DNA of 60,354 nucleotides, the filler included, from Asterionella formosa (Eukaryota): NCBI GenBank assembly GCA_002256025.1. It is 6 parts of 6 records of this genome, joined end to end, with 100 filler letters (N's around TTAATTAATTAA, not from the genome) between each part and the next. Parts side by side here need not be neighbours in the genome. Positions count along the whole stretch, not along the records: positions 10,098 to 20,085 come from NKIB01010000.1; positions 20,186 to 30,158 come from NKIB01010003.1; 4 more parts are not named here. One strand, 5' to 3'. Below, one piece after another: positions 11,093 to 22,984 of this stretch. Position 1 is the stretch's first letter, and each line of letters opens with the position of its first letter. A program made the position numbers and the translations under genes. The notes beneath the pieces were generated by a model. That model was not told the DNA's origin and ran no database searches. It saw nothing but the letters and a program-made list of their open reading frames with translations.

Positions 11093-12196
11093 GTACCAGT
11101 TAAAAACTGTAGGCCACCGCTATGACGATTTTTGAACTGTAAGCCACCGCTAAATGGAGTAAACGCACGGTTTGAACTAAGTTTGCAAGATACGTTAATT
11201 ATTGTCAAGAAGGAGTTGCTCAGATTTATATAGCGAGTAAATACTTCTGTACTGCTTTCAAATAAACTATGCGTCAGAAGCATTTGGAGATGTTGTATCG
11301 CGCCTAACAGGTGACGTAATACGAAAAGAATTTCTGTAGTATAAACGGAGTAAGAAAAATCACGGTTTGGGGGGAAATTTAAATTACGGACAAGGACGGA
11401 CGCGATGGAGTTATACCAGGCGAGCACCGGATATATAAAAACCACGCGATGCGAATCGAAGGAGTCGAAGCTGAGATTTTAATAAAGCGACAACGCGATG
11501 ATTAAGTTCTAGCTTTTCGAGTTGAATCGAACAACCAAGAATCGGCAGCTAAGACAACAAGGGAAGAAGACAGCAACCACGTGAGGTTAAACGAGTAAAG
11601 TAGTACAGGGGTGAAGCACACAATGCTTTGAATAACGATTCAGAGAAGCAGTCTAAAGCATCGCCAAGCCTTTCGCAATTTATAGTCTGAATCACCCACC
11701 CTACGTCCCTCCCTCGGCAAAGTGCAACTCGATTGCCGCAGAAACCAGAGATTGGATCCAGACCTCAAACCCGGATTCAGGAATGGGACACGTTTACTTA
11801 GCACCGAATTCAAAAACCCAGTTATGCTACTTCTACTTAGTATTCCTGGCTCGTTATTCTATTATTTTATGGATCACTTTCATATATTCCAGTGAAGTAT
11901 CCATGAAGCTATGACACAGACTAAATATGGAGCAAGACGAAATGGACAAAACAGTAATTGTGTCAAAGTTACTTCGATATACACATGTATGAATAGAAAA
12001 ATATGCACTGCAAGCCACCGCTATGCAACAATCTTAATAACTTTGAAAAAATTATATCTACATGGCTTTATACACTGAATCGAAACCAATTACTTATTCG
12101 TTGAGTAGAGTGCATCGTCGAACATAATTTTTGTACTTGCATCAGGTTTTGGAAGATGGAGTAAAATAACGGTGGCTTACAGTTTTTAACTGGTAC
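11093..12196. mobile_element. Non-autonomous TIR DNA transposon (~1.1 kb), probably Tc1/mariner-type (TA|CCAG...CTGG|TA)
   Basis: 27-bp inverted repeats GTACCAGTTAAAAACTGTAGGCCACCG (11093) and CGGTGGCTTACAGTTTTTAACTGGTAC (12170), one mismatch. Internal repeats of TAAGCCACCGCTA-like motif. A diverged copy of the right end lies at ~20345-20470. No transposase ORF. Confidence 0.75.
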
Positions 12197-12719
12197 CAAA
12201 AGTTCCATTGTAAGTGTGCACAGTATTATATATGTACTGATAGGCCAAGGCGAAATACTCAACTCCGTTTGATTGTGAGAGAAATTGCAAACCCACACCG
12301 GCCACATTGGATACACATGTAACATTTCTTTGGATGTACCGGTAGGCCTGTACAAAGAAAACGAAGTAACCTCAAAAAGAGATGGTCAAGATCGTTCAGT
12401 ATGTCATGCGAATAAATGAATTAGCAGTATCGTGCTATCATGCATACGACAGGATGAAACGTACGTAAAAAAACCGTTCCAATCTGTGAGTGAATTGCAG
12501 GAATGATTTATGGTATGTCTCAAAAATTCAGTAATAGCCAAAAGTTTTTGTCATTTCCATATTTTACGCATGGAGTAGTTAAAAGCATACATGTGCATGA
12601 CAATCATTATCATGCCTCATGCATCATGCTCATCATCATACATCATAGATACCGTTTGTTGTATATACCGGTATGAGGGTGGACAAAATGTCCGGCATCT
12701 TCCATCTATCATGCATAGA

Positions 12720-14720
12720 TTTCTACGACAAGTGGTAGATTTCAATTGGTGATGACGGAGCCAAGGCCATTGCAGAGGCTCTCAAGGTCAATACTGTCTT
12801 GACTCAACTTAATCTTGTATGGAATTCAATTGGTGTTGATGGCGCAGAGGCTCTCAAGGTCAATACTGTTTAGACTATACTCCATCTCTACCGTAATTCA
12901 ATTGGTGATGATGGCGCCAAAGCCATTGCAGAGGCTCTCAAGGTCAATACTGTCTTGACTACACTTCATCTCTATAGTAATTCAGTTGGTGATGATTTAC
13001 TAAATGATATAAACAAACTGTCAAGGAAGATAAGATGAAGAAAGTTAGCAAAAGTTTTAAAATCGAAATGCAGGTGAGTTCATGTGTGGTATCAGATATT
13101 GCATCATATCTTGACAAGACTTTAAGTTTCTCATTCTTCTCTTCTCTTGTTTCAGGCATTAAAGAGGTTCTGACACCCCCATATTGTATCTTTGTATGGC
13201 TATCATATATCCTCTGATTCGCCTTCTCAATACCCGTTGTATGAGTATGCATCCAGGGGTTCGCTTGATAAATTTTATGCAAGTGAAGAAAGCAGAGAAA
13301 GCCTCTCAAGTGAGATCCAACTTCGAATCATGTTCCACATTATTTGTGCCATCCACTTCCTTCATACAGAGAAAAGTGATACTGAAATAAGTGACAACTT
13401 TATTCTGTTTCATTGTGACATCAAGTCGGCTAATATCTGCCTTAGACGAGACTATACTGCCAAACTGATTGATTGTGGCCTGGCCAAGTTTGTGCCTGTG
13501 GATGACTCAATTGCAATTCCTTTTTCAGTTCAGAACACAACAATTGGTGGAGTCTTTGGGACACCTGGCTACATATGTCCAAGGTATTCTCATGAGAAAA
13601 AGACATTTAAGGCATGCTATTATGTTTACTCGTTTGGCATTGTCATGATTGAGCTTGTGACAGGCTGCATTCAAAATGGGCAGAAAGGAGATTTCTTTAA
13701 ACGCTACTTCCCAGAAAATTTTGATGGAAATCCAGCAGAGGCATTGAAATTGGCAATTCAAGAATTGGCGAAAGATGTTGATCCTCTTGCAGATGAATGG
13801 GAAGATGGAAGTCTGTCTTCTGTGTGCTCATTAGCCTTTCATTGCATTCAGTACCGTTTTGGAAATAGGCCAACAACTAGTGAATTGGTTGAGAAACTGG
13901 GTGAACTTGTTTGTCAAACATATCATAATGTTGGTGGAGGTCCCATAGAATCCTGTGGTGGAAAAATGGGAACATTGAGCTTGAATGAAAGTAATAAACA
14001 ATGTCATGTGTGTAGCAAAGTTTCTACTTTTGTTTTCATGTGCAAAGATCATTCCACATGCCAACAATGCTTTGAGGATCATGTCATTATGCATCTTGGT
14101 GATGAGACCATTCAGTGCCCAGTCAAAGGTTGTGACCAGTCTTTTTCAAATAAGGAAATGTTCAAGAGCCAGATCTTGTCCAGAAATCTGTATGTTCTTC
14201 ATGTGAGGAAACAAGATGAAAATGAGTAATGGTCCAAACTCTTGCAAAACCAAAAAGAATTTTTGGAGAAGATATCTCATCTACAGTCACAAGTTACAAA
14301 GGGCCTTGCTAATCTTACTGCTGGAGTAGAGGCAAAGTGTCCCAAAATTGTCTATATTGTTCCACTCTATGAAGAAGGGGCCCCAAGCCAAAACATTGGA
14401 TAAAAACTGAAGTTCAGATATTCTTTGTTTTCAGCATTTAGGTGTTGATGTAAAAGAAGCCTGTTTTACTATGCAAGTTACCAGGAAATTGTTGACCGGT
14501 GTTGCACCTGCTATCAGATATGCTTTGTTTCTTCTAAAAGTTGCAGCACCTGCTGGTTAAATTTTAGCTGGAATGAATTGTCCAATTGAATCAATTGAGA
14601 AATTAGCCAATGTTATGATATGAGATCCCCTTACAAAAGAGCTTGATAAAATCCTTTCAAGCAAGTCTATTCTTGAGTTGGATTGGAAGAGGCTAACTCC
14701 AATTGTTGGACCATCCCGTG
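12720..14720 (+). pseudogene. Disrupted LRR (RNI/NLRC3-like) - protein kinase (IRAK/TKL-like) - RING gene
   Basis: 28-aa LRRs SIGDDGAKAIAEALKVNTVLT.L.L..N at ~12740-13000, one with a TAG. Intron 13074-13155, then ALKRF*HPHIVSLYGY. Kinase motifs YEYAS.GSL, HCDIKSAN, IDCGLAK, GTPGY, YSFGIV. Cys pattern CHVC..C..H..C..C..CP...C. Further stops after 14229. Confidence 0.75.
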
Positions 14721-15299
14721 ATAAAATTTCTGAAAAGGACCATAAGGAAAAGAACCGGGTTCCTGTTTTGGACAAAGTTGGTAACATCATATGGTTGAAG
14801 AACGAGTTTGAAGTTGAATATAAGTTTTTTTTGTTTCCTTTCTGCATTTTGAATGTCATTTCTTATGGGAGAAGAAATTCCAAGGTTACTTCATGATCCA
14901 GTTTTCTCCCATCACAATATTTATTCATTTTGGGAACATAAAAGTAATAATTTTGAATTTACAATAGATTTTTTGACTTGAGAAGGGGGAAAACGATTTT
15001 GGAAATCAAATTCAAATTACATTTCATGATTTTTATACATTCAGATCACAATATATACCATTAGTCACCACTTTGACCTTGGATTTCATCTTTTTGAATT
15101 GAGAAGTGGGAAAACAGGTTTGCTCTGTGACTATGGTATAGAGACTAAAAATTACTTAGAAGTACCCGAATGGCAAGACGATAGCTGGAGCGGGAATTGC
15201 CCCGACACTGGTGTACGCACCACCGTGCCAGGCACGTGCACTGACAAAAGGTACCCTGGTACTAGATACAGCCATATCATTTGTTCATCCAGTTTGTAG

Positions 15300-18155
15300 A
15301 GGCACACCAAGGAACTCCTCATTACTACAAATGCTGGTGCCGAAATTGAAATACCAGAATCTGAAAAACCTGTTGGGTGTCTATCAGTATAATATTGCTG
15401 GGTTTGATACTCAAGGAACAGCCTGCTATACTATAGCTGCATACCTGCTGGTATCAGGTACTCCGACCATTTTGGTAACAAAGGTGTTCTTTGCCTCTGT
15501 CAACCACTACAAGGCAACAGCAAGCAGAATCAACCTAGCATCACAGCAAATCCTCCTACTCATTGCATACACAAAGACTTTTTGATAAAAGGTACAACTA
15601 CCTAACTACATCAGTACAATTTTACTACCTCTCAACACTAGCTACTGGAATAACAACTGGTGAACCGAAAGGAGATTCTTTACTGAATATTGCAATTGCA
15701 ATTTTACTACCTCTCAACACAGTCACACCCTCAAGATTACAATCCTCTGCTTATTGCTCTTGACAATATAGATTCCTGGTCAAGAATATTACTTAAATCT
15801 ATTTTTCTCCATTCAACGACATCATCCCTCACTGCTGCCTCATTTGGATAAAACCTATCTCCTGTGTATCTTCCTGGGCAAACCCATTGTGATCTTCCAC
15901 TACCACACTGACAGTTGATCTACCTACTTCAGCTACAATGTCATTCATTTAGGTTCCACCTGCCAATAGAAAATGTATTTCCTTAAAAATCTCCTCAGAT
16001 CATGAACAGAAACATTGCCGGTCTCCTTCTATTGGTCATGTTAGACATCAACATCATTCTATTGATCATGTTTCTGCATTTTCTGGATATCATCGCCATC
16101 ACCAACAACACTCTCAAGAGAAAAAGTTCTTGTCTCCTTCTATTGGCCATGTTGGATATCTATATGTTAGACATCATTCCCATCAAAAAACCAGTCAGGC
16201 ACATTTCATGTCACCTTCACAGCCTACCCATTCTCCTCTTGGTCATGTTAGACATCATTCCCATCAAAAAACCAGTCAGGCACATTTCATGTCACCTTCA
16301 CAGCCTAAGCATTCTCCTCTTGGTCATGTTAGACATCATTCCCAGCGAAAAACCAGTCAGGAACATTTCATGTCACCTTCACAGCCTACCCATTTTCCTC
16401 TTGGTCATGTTAGACATCATTCCCATCGAAAAACCAGTCAGGAACATTTCATGTCTCCTTCACAACCTACCCATTCTCCTCTTGGTCATTTTAGACATCA
16501 TTCCCATAGAAAAACCATTCAGGAACCTTCCCATTCTCCTATTGGTCATGCTGCTGAATTTGCTGGATATTCCAATACTTTCATCCCTCATTCACCAAGT
16601 CCCCATTCTTGTAATTCCATTGCTCATTCGCCCTTCAGCACAGTATCTCCCAGTTTGGGGTTTCATCCACAATTCCTATGATTTTTCTTGTCAAATCAAT
16701 AATATTCTGGTTGATGGTTGTTGTCTAATCATTCATGATGATGATTTCTTGATTGAATGCCAATTCAATCTAACTCAGCCATGATGCTAACAATCTTTGC
16801 CATGTTCTACTTACAATGTTACATCTTGCACCATAACATGCACCATGTTGTCCCCAGTTTCCATTCACTATACCAATCAGTCAATTATGTTTGATATCCA
16901 GCTTTTATGGGACATCTTTGGTTCATAATCCAAATTGTTTGTATACATTCTCCACTGAAAGATTGCTGGCATTTCACAATGCAATATTTGCAAGATCTCC
17001 TGGTTTTGGAAATGTTTAAGCATCCTGACATGGGCGAATTTATGATTTACAGAGTTATCTTCATATTACTGTATGAATATCATTGGAAAGTTCATACCAT
17101 GTCCATTTTGCCTCACATACAAGATTGCTCAGCTCTTTGGATTGGAAACCCTGCTCCTTTGATTGATATTGATGTTCATCTCCATTGTGAGGCATTTTAC
17201 AAGATTGAACTAGATGCATCTATTCTTACTTTTTCTGGACACATACTCTGGTTTCTAATTATTACACTGCTCATGAACAAGTGCATGCTATTTCATCCTC
17301 CTGATGACCGCATGGGAATGGATACGGCATTCTTTGGTTTAGTACAACCAACAGTGAAATCCAATGAATTCTGCCTATACGTTTTGCAACTACTTGCACT
17401 TGGAATCCCATCTATTCAGGAAATCAATAAATTCTGTTCCATTCTGTCCAGCAATATTGGCGATGCACATCACTCCTTGTCACCTTTATTTTGATTCCAG
17501 CCAGGTTACCATATTATACTGTGCCTCAACACACACTGCTCACCATCTTCTCTATTGTTTTAGGAGACACACTGGAATATGGTCTTAGTAGCCTTATTGT
17601 CCTTCTGAATCAATTAGACAATCAAATTAGTGGCCTTAAAGTTCTTCTGAATCAATTGAACAATCAAATTCATGCCCTGACAAGTTTCGGGAATCAACAG
17701 AGCTGTGCATCCTATTTTCCTTCTGTTTGCAAAAGGACCAGCAATCGAGGCCTACACGCAAACACCCAAATTAGTCATATCTCTTTGTTCCAGATTGACT
17801 CCTCTGTTTTTCCTCTTGATGCCAAGTTTCTTTCATTACCTTGACTTTTGGTGCTTCTTATGCATCATTACAAGAATATGACGGACTCTAAATTCCATCA
17901 TTTGGCTGGTTTTGATCACCTACTCTTGCTTGCCTTGGCCTCACCAGTCCCAAAGACCATCAGACAATTCCTGTTACTTTGCTTCCGGGTTTCTCATTCA
18001 TTCATGAGATGGGGTTGATGTTATGAATCACTGTCCTGTCAGGATGTAGATTCATGTGTCTGTCTGTTTGTCTGTGAACGCCTGTCTCGTGTTCTCGCTC
18101 TACTTTCTATCTCTACATAGTCTACTATAAATATACTTTAATCACTCTTTTAACA
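15300..18155 (+). mobile_element. Highly degenerate LTR-retrotransposon-like region ending in a putative 3' LTR (18019-18155)
   Basis: Purine tract GAGATGGGGTTGA directly precedes TGTTA...TAACA (137 bp, contains TATAAA). Upstream sequence is CpG-poor with broken ORFs. Boundaries are approximate. Confidence 0.45.
16165..16525 (+). repeat. 81-bp tandem repeat, ~4.5 copies (27-aa His/Ser/Pro-rich unit)
   Basis: GGTCAT(G/T)TTAGACATCATTCCC recurs at 16241, 16322, 16403 and 16484. Confidence 0.92.
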
Positions 18156-18387
18156 TACCCCCTTCCAAACTCCTCTTGAGCTTGTCAGGTTAGTTAATTG
18201 ACTCACACCACTCTCCTCCTCCTCCTTCATCCTCGTCGTCCTTCGCTACCGTTCCCTCTTTCACTGCATAATATCGCACCTCCTGGTCCAACAATTTCTC
18301 AGAAACATCCTTTGCCATTAACACAATATAGTAGAATTCCTATTGAGGCAATTATTGAGATGATGCAAATGAATCAGCAGAATGCTG

Positions 18388-20085
18388 TCATTCCTCATTC
18401 TTTTTCTTGTCCTCATACTCAGCCAAGATCCAAAGAGCTGCACAACCATAGAGTAGAACATCAGCATTGGTTAAATGAGTCTTCATTGCAGACAGAATCA
18501 TAGTGATACTTCCTGCATAGTGTTGCACATCCACATTGGAAGAATGAGTCTTCATCAAGATTGTAGTGATACCTCCTGCTTCAGCAATTGTCGTATTGTT
18601 GTTATCATTATTGTAAGGCAAAACAAAAAGTGCTCTACAAACAGCTTCTTGCACTTCAGCTTTTGATAAATGAGTCTTCATTGCAATCAGAATCATCGCA
18701 ATACCTCCTGCATCAGCAATCATCACCCTGTTTTTGTCATTATTGTAAGACAAGACAAAAATTGTTCCACAACAAACTTCTTGCACAAAAAAATTGGATG
18801 AATGAGTCATCATTGCTGACAGAATCAAAGTTATACCTCCTTCTTCATCACAAACACAATTGCACTGATACCTCCTGCTGCAGCAATCATCAACTTGTTG
18901 TTTTCATTATTATCAGCCAAGTTCGAAAGTGCTGCACAACAAAGGTATTGAACTTTAGAATTGAATGAATGAGTTTTCATCGCTGACAGAATTGTAGTGA
19001 TACCTCCTGCTTCAGCAATTGTCACCTTGTTGTTGTCATTATTGTAAGACAAGACAATAAGTGCTCTACAACCAGCTTCTTGCGCAAAAAAATTGGATGA
19101 ATGAGTCTTCATCGCAGACAGAATTAAAGTTATACCTCCTTCTTCAGCAATCGTCACCCTGTTCTTGTCATTATTAACAGCCAAGTTGCTAAGTGCACCA
19201 CAAACATACTCTTGCACATCATCATTGGGGGAATGAGTCTTCATTGCAAACAGAATCGTAGTGACATCTTTTGCTTCAGCAATTGCCACCCTGTTCTTTT
19301 CATTCAAAGCCAAGTTCTGAAGTGCTGCACATCCATAGTGTTGCATATCGATATTATATGGATGACTTTCCATCTGAGACACAATCATAGCAGTACCTCC
19401 TTCATCATCAATCATCACCTGGTGGTTGTTGTCATTCTCAGCCAACTTCCAACAACAATGTGATGATTGTTAAAGAAGATCATATAGAGAAAGCTATCAA
19501 TGTTTAGAAAATATGATCCTACTTAGACTTTTCTTTCTTTTATATGATAATACAATTTGTAATTGATACAAAAAATATTAATCAATCCTCATAAATAAAA
19601 CCATATTGACTACTTCCCATGTTGGGTCAATATGAAAGGTGCTCCATAACCTTTTTCTTGCACACCAGCATTAAAAAAATGATTTTAAATAGCACACTCA
19701 ATTGCAACTTTTTCACCAGCATTGGAAATCATTGCCTGGTTGTTGTCATTTTTATAAGCCAAATTCTGAAGTGCTGCACAACCATAGTGTTGCACATCCA
19801 CATTGGAGGAATGATTATTCATCACAAACACAATTGCACTGATACCTCCTGCTGCAGCAATCATCACCTTGTTGTTTTCATTATTATCAGCCAAGTTCGA
19901 AAGTGCTGCACAACAAAGGTATTGAACATTAGAATTGAATGAATGAGTTTTCATCGCTGACAGAATTGTAGTGATACCTTCTGCTTCAGCAATTGTCACC
20001 TTGTTGTTGTCATTATTGGAAGACAAGACAATAAGTGCTCTACAACCAGATTCTTGCGCAAAAAAATTGGATGAATGAGTCTTCA
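18388..20085 (-). pseudogene. Armadillo-repeat protein gene fragments, internally duplicated and frameshifted
   Basis: ~43-aa ARM units (N.DNKVTIAEAGGITTILSAMKTH....VQ..GC.AL.NLA) in ORFs 19685-20026, 18831-19445 and 18388-18828. Segment ~19815-20085 nearly duplicates ~18842-19112. Frameshift at ~18830. Confidence 0.75.
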
Positions 20086-21388
20086 NNNNNNNNNNNNNNN
20101 NNNNNNNNNNNNNNNNNNNNNNNNNNNNNTTAATTAATTAANNNNNNNNNNNNNNNNNNNNNNNNNNNNNNNNNNNNNNNNNNNNTACTAGTGCCTACGA
20201 GGACAAAAAGAATTATAGCACGTTACTTTGTCTATGACAAGAAAATTATTGGGTGTTTGGTTCCACCTCGAGAAAAATGTACAGGGGGGTCCAGCAACCA
20301 TAGGGGGGGTCCAGGACAATGAAGTATACGGTAGATTACTTTTGTTCGTTGAGTAGAGTGCATCGTCCAACATACACTTGCATCAGGTTTCGATTGATAA
20401 ATTACTTAAAAAAATCTCAGTCGGGAAGGTGGAGTAAAATAACGGTGGCTTGCTGTTTTAATCGGTACCTGGTACAATGAATTTAGGGGTTCTGACTATT
20501 TGCTGCATGCTGCCTTCGGTCATACATGTACCGGTAGTCCAACCAAAATGGGGTCATAAGAAAAACGGGGTCATTTAAATCCTTCTTTCTTGTCGCAGCT
20601 CCTTCTAACAATTGCTAAGAGGCTAAAAGTTGTGACTCGTCAGCACGGATTTCATATATGCACCGGCATCATATTAAAATTGTTTTTCCAAATACCAGGA
20701 CCACTGCCAGGTAATCTTAGCCAATTAATTATTGTGAGCAGTTTTGGTCGTTGCTTTCGCTCCTTCTTGGGCCATTCCTTTAGTAGCTGCCTTCGGCCGA
20801 CTGTTCCTTGCCCCGCCCCTTCTTGTTCCCAGCATCAGCCTTTGTCAGTGGTGAACTTACCTGTATATATGCACCAGGTACCGTCATATGGTACCCTGGT
20901 ACCAGGTACCGGTATTCAGCCATGCTTGGACGCGGAAAATGACATGAGCATCGCGTTCGTACGACCACCGGTATTCACATGGGCATATGTACATGTATGT
21001 AAAACAACATAACGACGAACGAACAGAGGTCGTCCACCAGGGTCGTAATCATGTCCTCGTCCATGCCGGTGCCTGGTACCGTATACCGGTACATAGACTA
21101 ACAGGTACTCCCTGCCTATGACTCTACCAGTAGCCGATTTTTGACAATGTTCGAACGAAAGCTTGGGATTCTGTGTTTTTCCATCCACCTATAACCGCAA
21201 ACAAATGATTTGCACAAGCAAAAGATGTAGCTGGATGAATGACCCAAAATCTTGAGTGCTATTAAGAAGAGCAATCATGAACACCCACAGGCGATTGCGC
21301 TAGAAATGTTTCAATATCAAAGACCAGTAGTTCATGGTAAAAGTCTATATATAAATATATATCGCTGTACCATAAAGGTCACTGCTGT

Positions 21389-22984
21389 TTAAATACTCGA
21401 CTTTCTAACCACACTCTGTCTTGGGGGAATCAATGTACCAGCTACAATTGGAGGAATGGCATCATAGTCACGGCTTGCATCTCTGCGGTCGGTCCGTTTG
21501 GGCGTTGTCTTGATCCGCCCTGGACTTTGCAAAAGATTTTCTTTAGGTGCTTGTTCTCCTGTCACCCATGGGTGTCTGAGAGCTTGTTCTGCTGTGTATC
21601 TAGTGCGTGGGTTAACATCTAGTAGGTGACTCAATAGATCCTTGGCTGATGGACTGAGAGTCTTTGCCCAACGAGGGAAACGCAGTACAAATCTGGCTCT
21701 AACTAAGTCATCGGAAGGGACAGTTTGCGAATCATCATCAAAGGGAAGGCATCCACATAACAAGACAAAGACAATTACTCCCAACGCCCATGTATCGACA
21801 GCTCTTGAATAGTCGCGTCGTTGCAACATTTCAGGTGCTAAATAGCCTCGGGTCCCCAGAAACGATCGAGCCACTTGCTCTTCCATGCACTAGAATGTTG
21901 TGTATGTGTGTGAGAGAGGGAGAAAGCGAGAAAGAGGGAGTGTGTATTTGAACAAAGGCAATCATGACAAATGATTGCAAAACCCATTGTGTGAAGAGCA
22001 ACTCACCTTACTTAACCCAAAATCAATAATCTTGACTTCCAACTCTTGGTCACACCCCATTCTAGTCGATGGTTTATGTTTCAATAGTAAATTTTCCGGT
22101 TTCATATCCCGATGTATAATATTTTTGGAATGCATAAAGACCAACGCCGACGTGACTTTCCTAACAATCCTACTTGCTTCTTCTTCCGTCAAAGTTCCCT
22201 TTTGCACAACATAATCAAATAATTCTCCTCCCTCCATCAATTCCATAATAATATAAATTTGATGTGGTGATATGAATACATCATAGAGTCTAATGATATG
22301 TGGATGTTGCAAACTCCTCAATGCTTCAATTTCTGTATGAAATTGTGCCATGAGCCCATGGAATCGTTCTTCCAATTCTCGCTTGTCAATGATTTTACAA
22401 GCATAGGATTCTTGCTGTTCTCTATGGATGCATCGATGACAGGTCGACGTCGATCCAACGCCCAAAACTTCCTTGAGTTCGTACTTGGCCAAGAAACGTC
22501 GTTCTGCGTCCTGTGTATGAGTAGTTAGTAAGTAGTGAGTGTGTAAGACGAGAAACAGAGTGCAGAATTCATGAAATAATTCTTAGTTTGGCAGAGTGTA
22601 CCTAGAGAAAGAGAGTCCTGTTCCATAACGTACCTGGTCATCATACACTTCGGCATTCCCACCATTCCTGGGTGGCAATGGTGGTACAAGTAGTTCGTCT
22701 GTACTACTGTTTGTATTCCATTCATTCGAAGTATCCTTTTCCAATCCCCCATACTTGCTTAGAAATATGGGAGAGGATGCTTCCATAGCAGCCTTGCGTT
22801 GTCTCCTCCGATCCGAAGGCGTCGCTGGCATTGGTGTTCCAAGTAGCATGTGCTCATCGTCGTTCTTGTTGTTGCTGCTGTTGCTTTTGTTGTTGTGGTG
22901 GCTTGCCTGATGATGATGATGATGATTGGGTGGACAGAATAGACTGAAGCAGTTGTTGTTGGGTTTCGAAGAGGCTGATCCCAT
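21389..22984 (-). CDS. CaMK-group Ser/Thr protein kinase, three exons, possible N-myristoylation (MGSASS)
   Basis: LGVGSTS, YACKII, ELMEGGELFD, HRDMKPEN, DFG, GTRGYLAPE, DTWALGV. Introns 22633-22511 (CAG|GTACGT..CAG|GAC) and 22006-21890 (AAG|GTGAGT..TAG|TGC) keep the frame. Confidence 0.9.

Noticed and set aside
13156..14720. In-frame TGA/TAA/TAG as a sign of an alternative genetic code or selenocysteine
   Set aside because: All three stop types and frameshifts occur, only in repeat-rich scaffolds; intact genes use standard stops. Pseudogenisation is the simpler explanation.
16165..16525. CRISPR-like periodicity (also 36961-37515 and 59828-59905)
   Set aside because: Whole units repeat with no unique spacers, and there are no cas genes; these are tandem repeats.
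16002..16784. 260-aa hydrophobic ORF as a membrane protein
   Set aside because: Stop-free shadow frame of the 81-bp tandem repeat in a CpG-decayed region.
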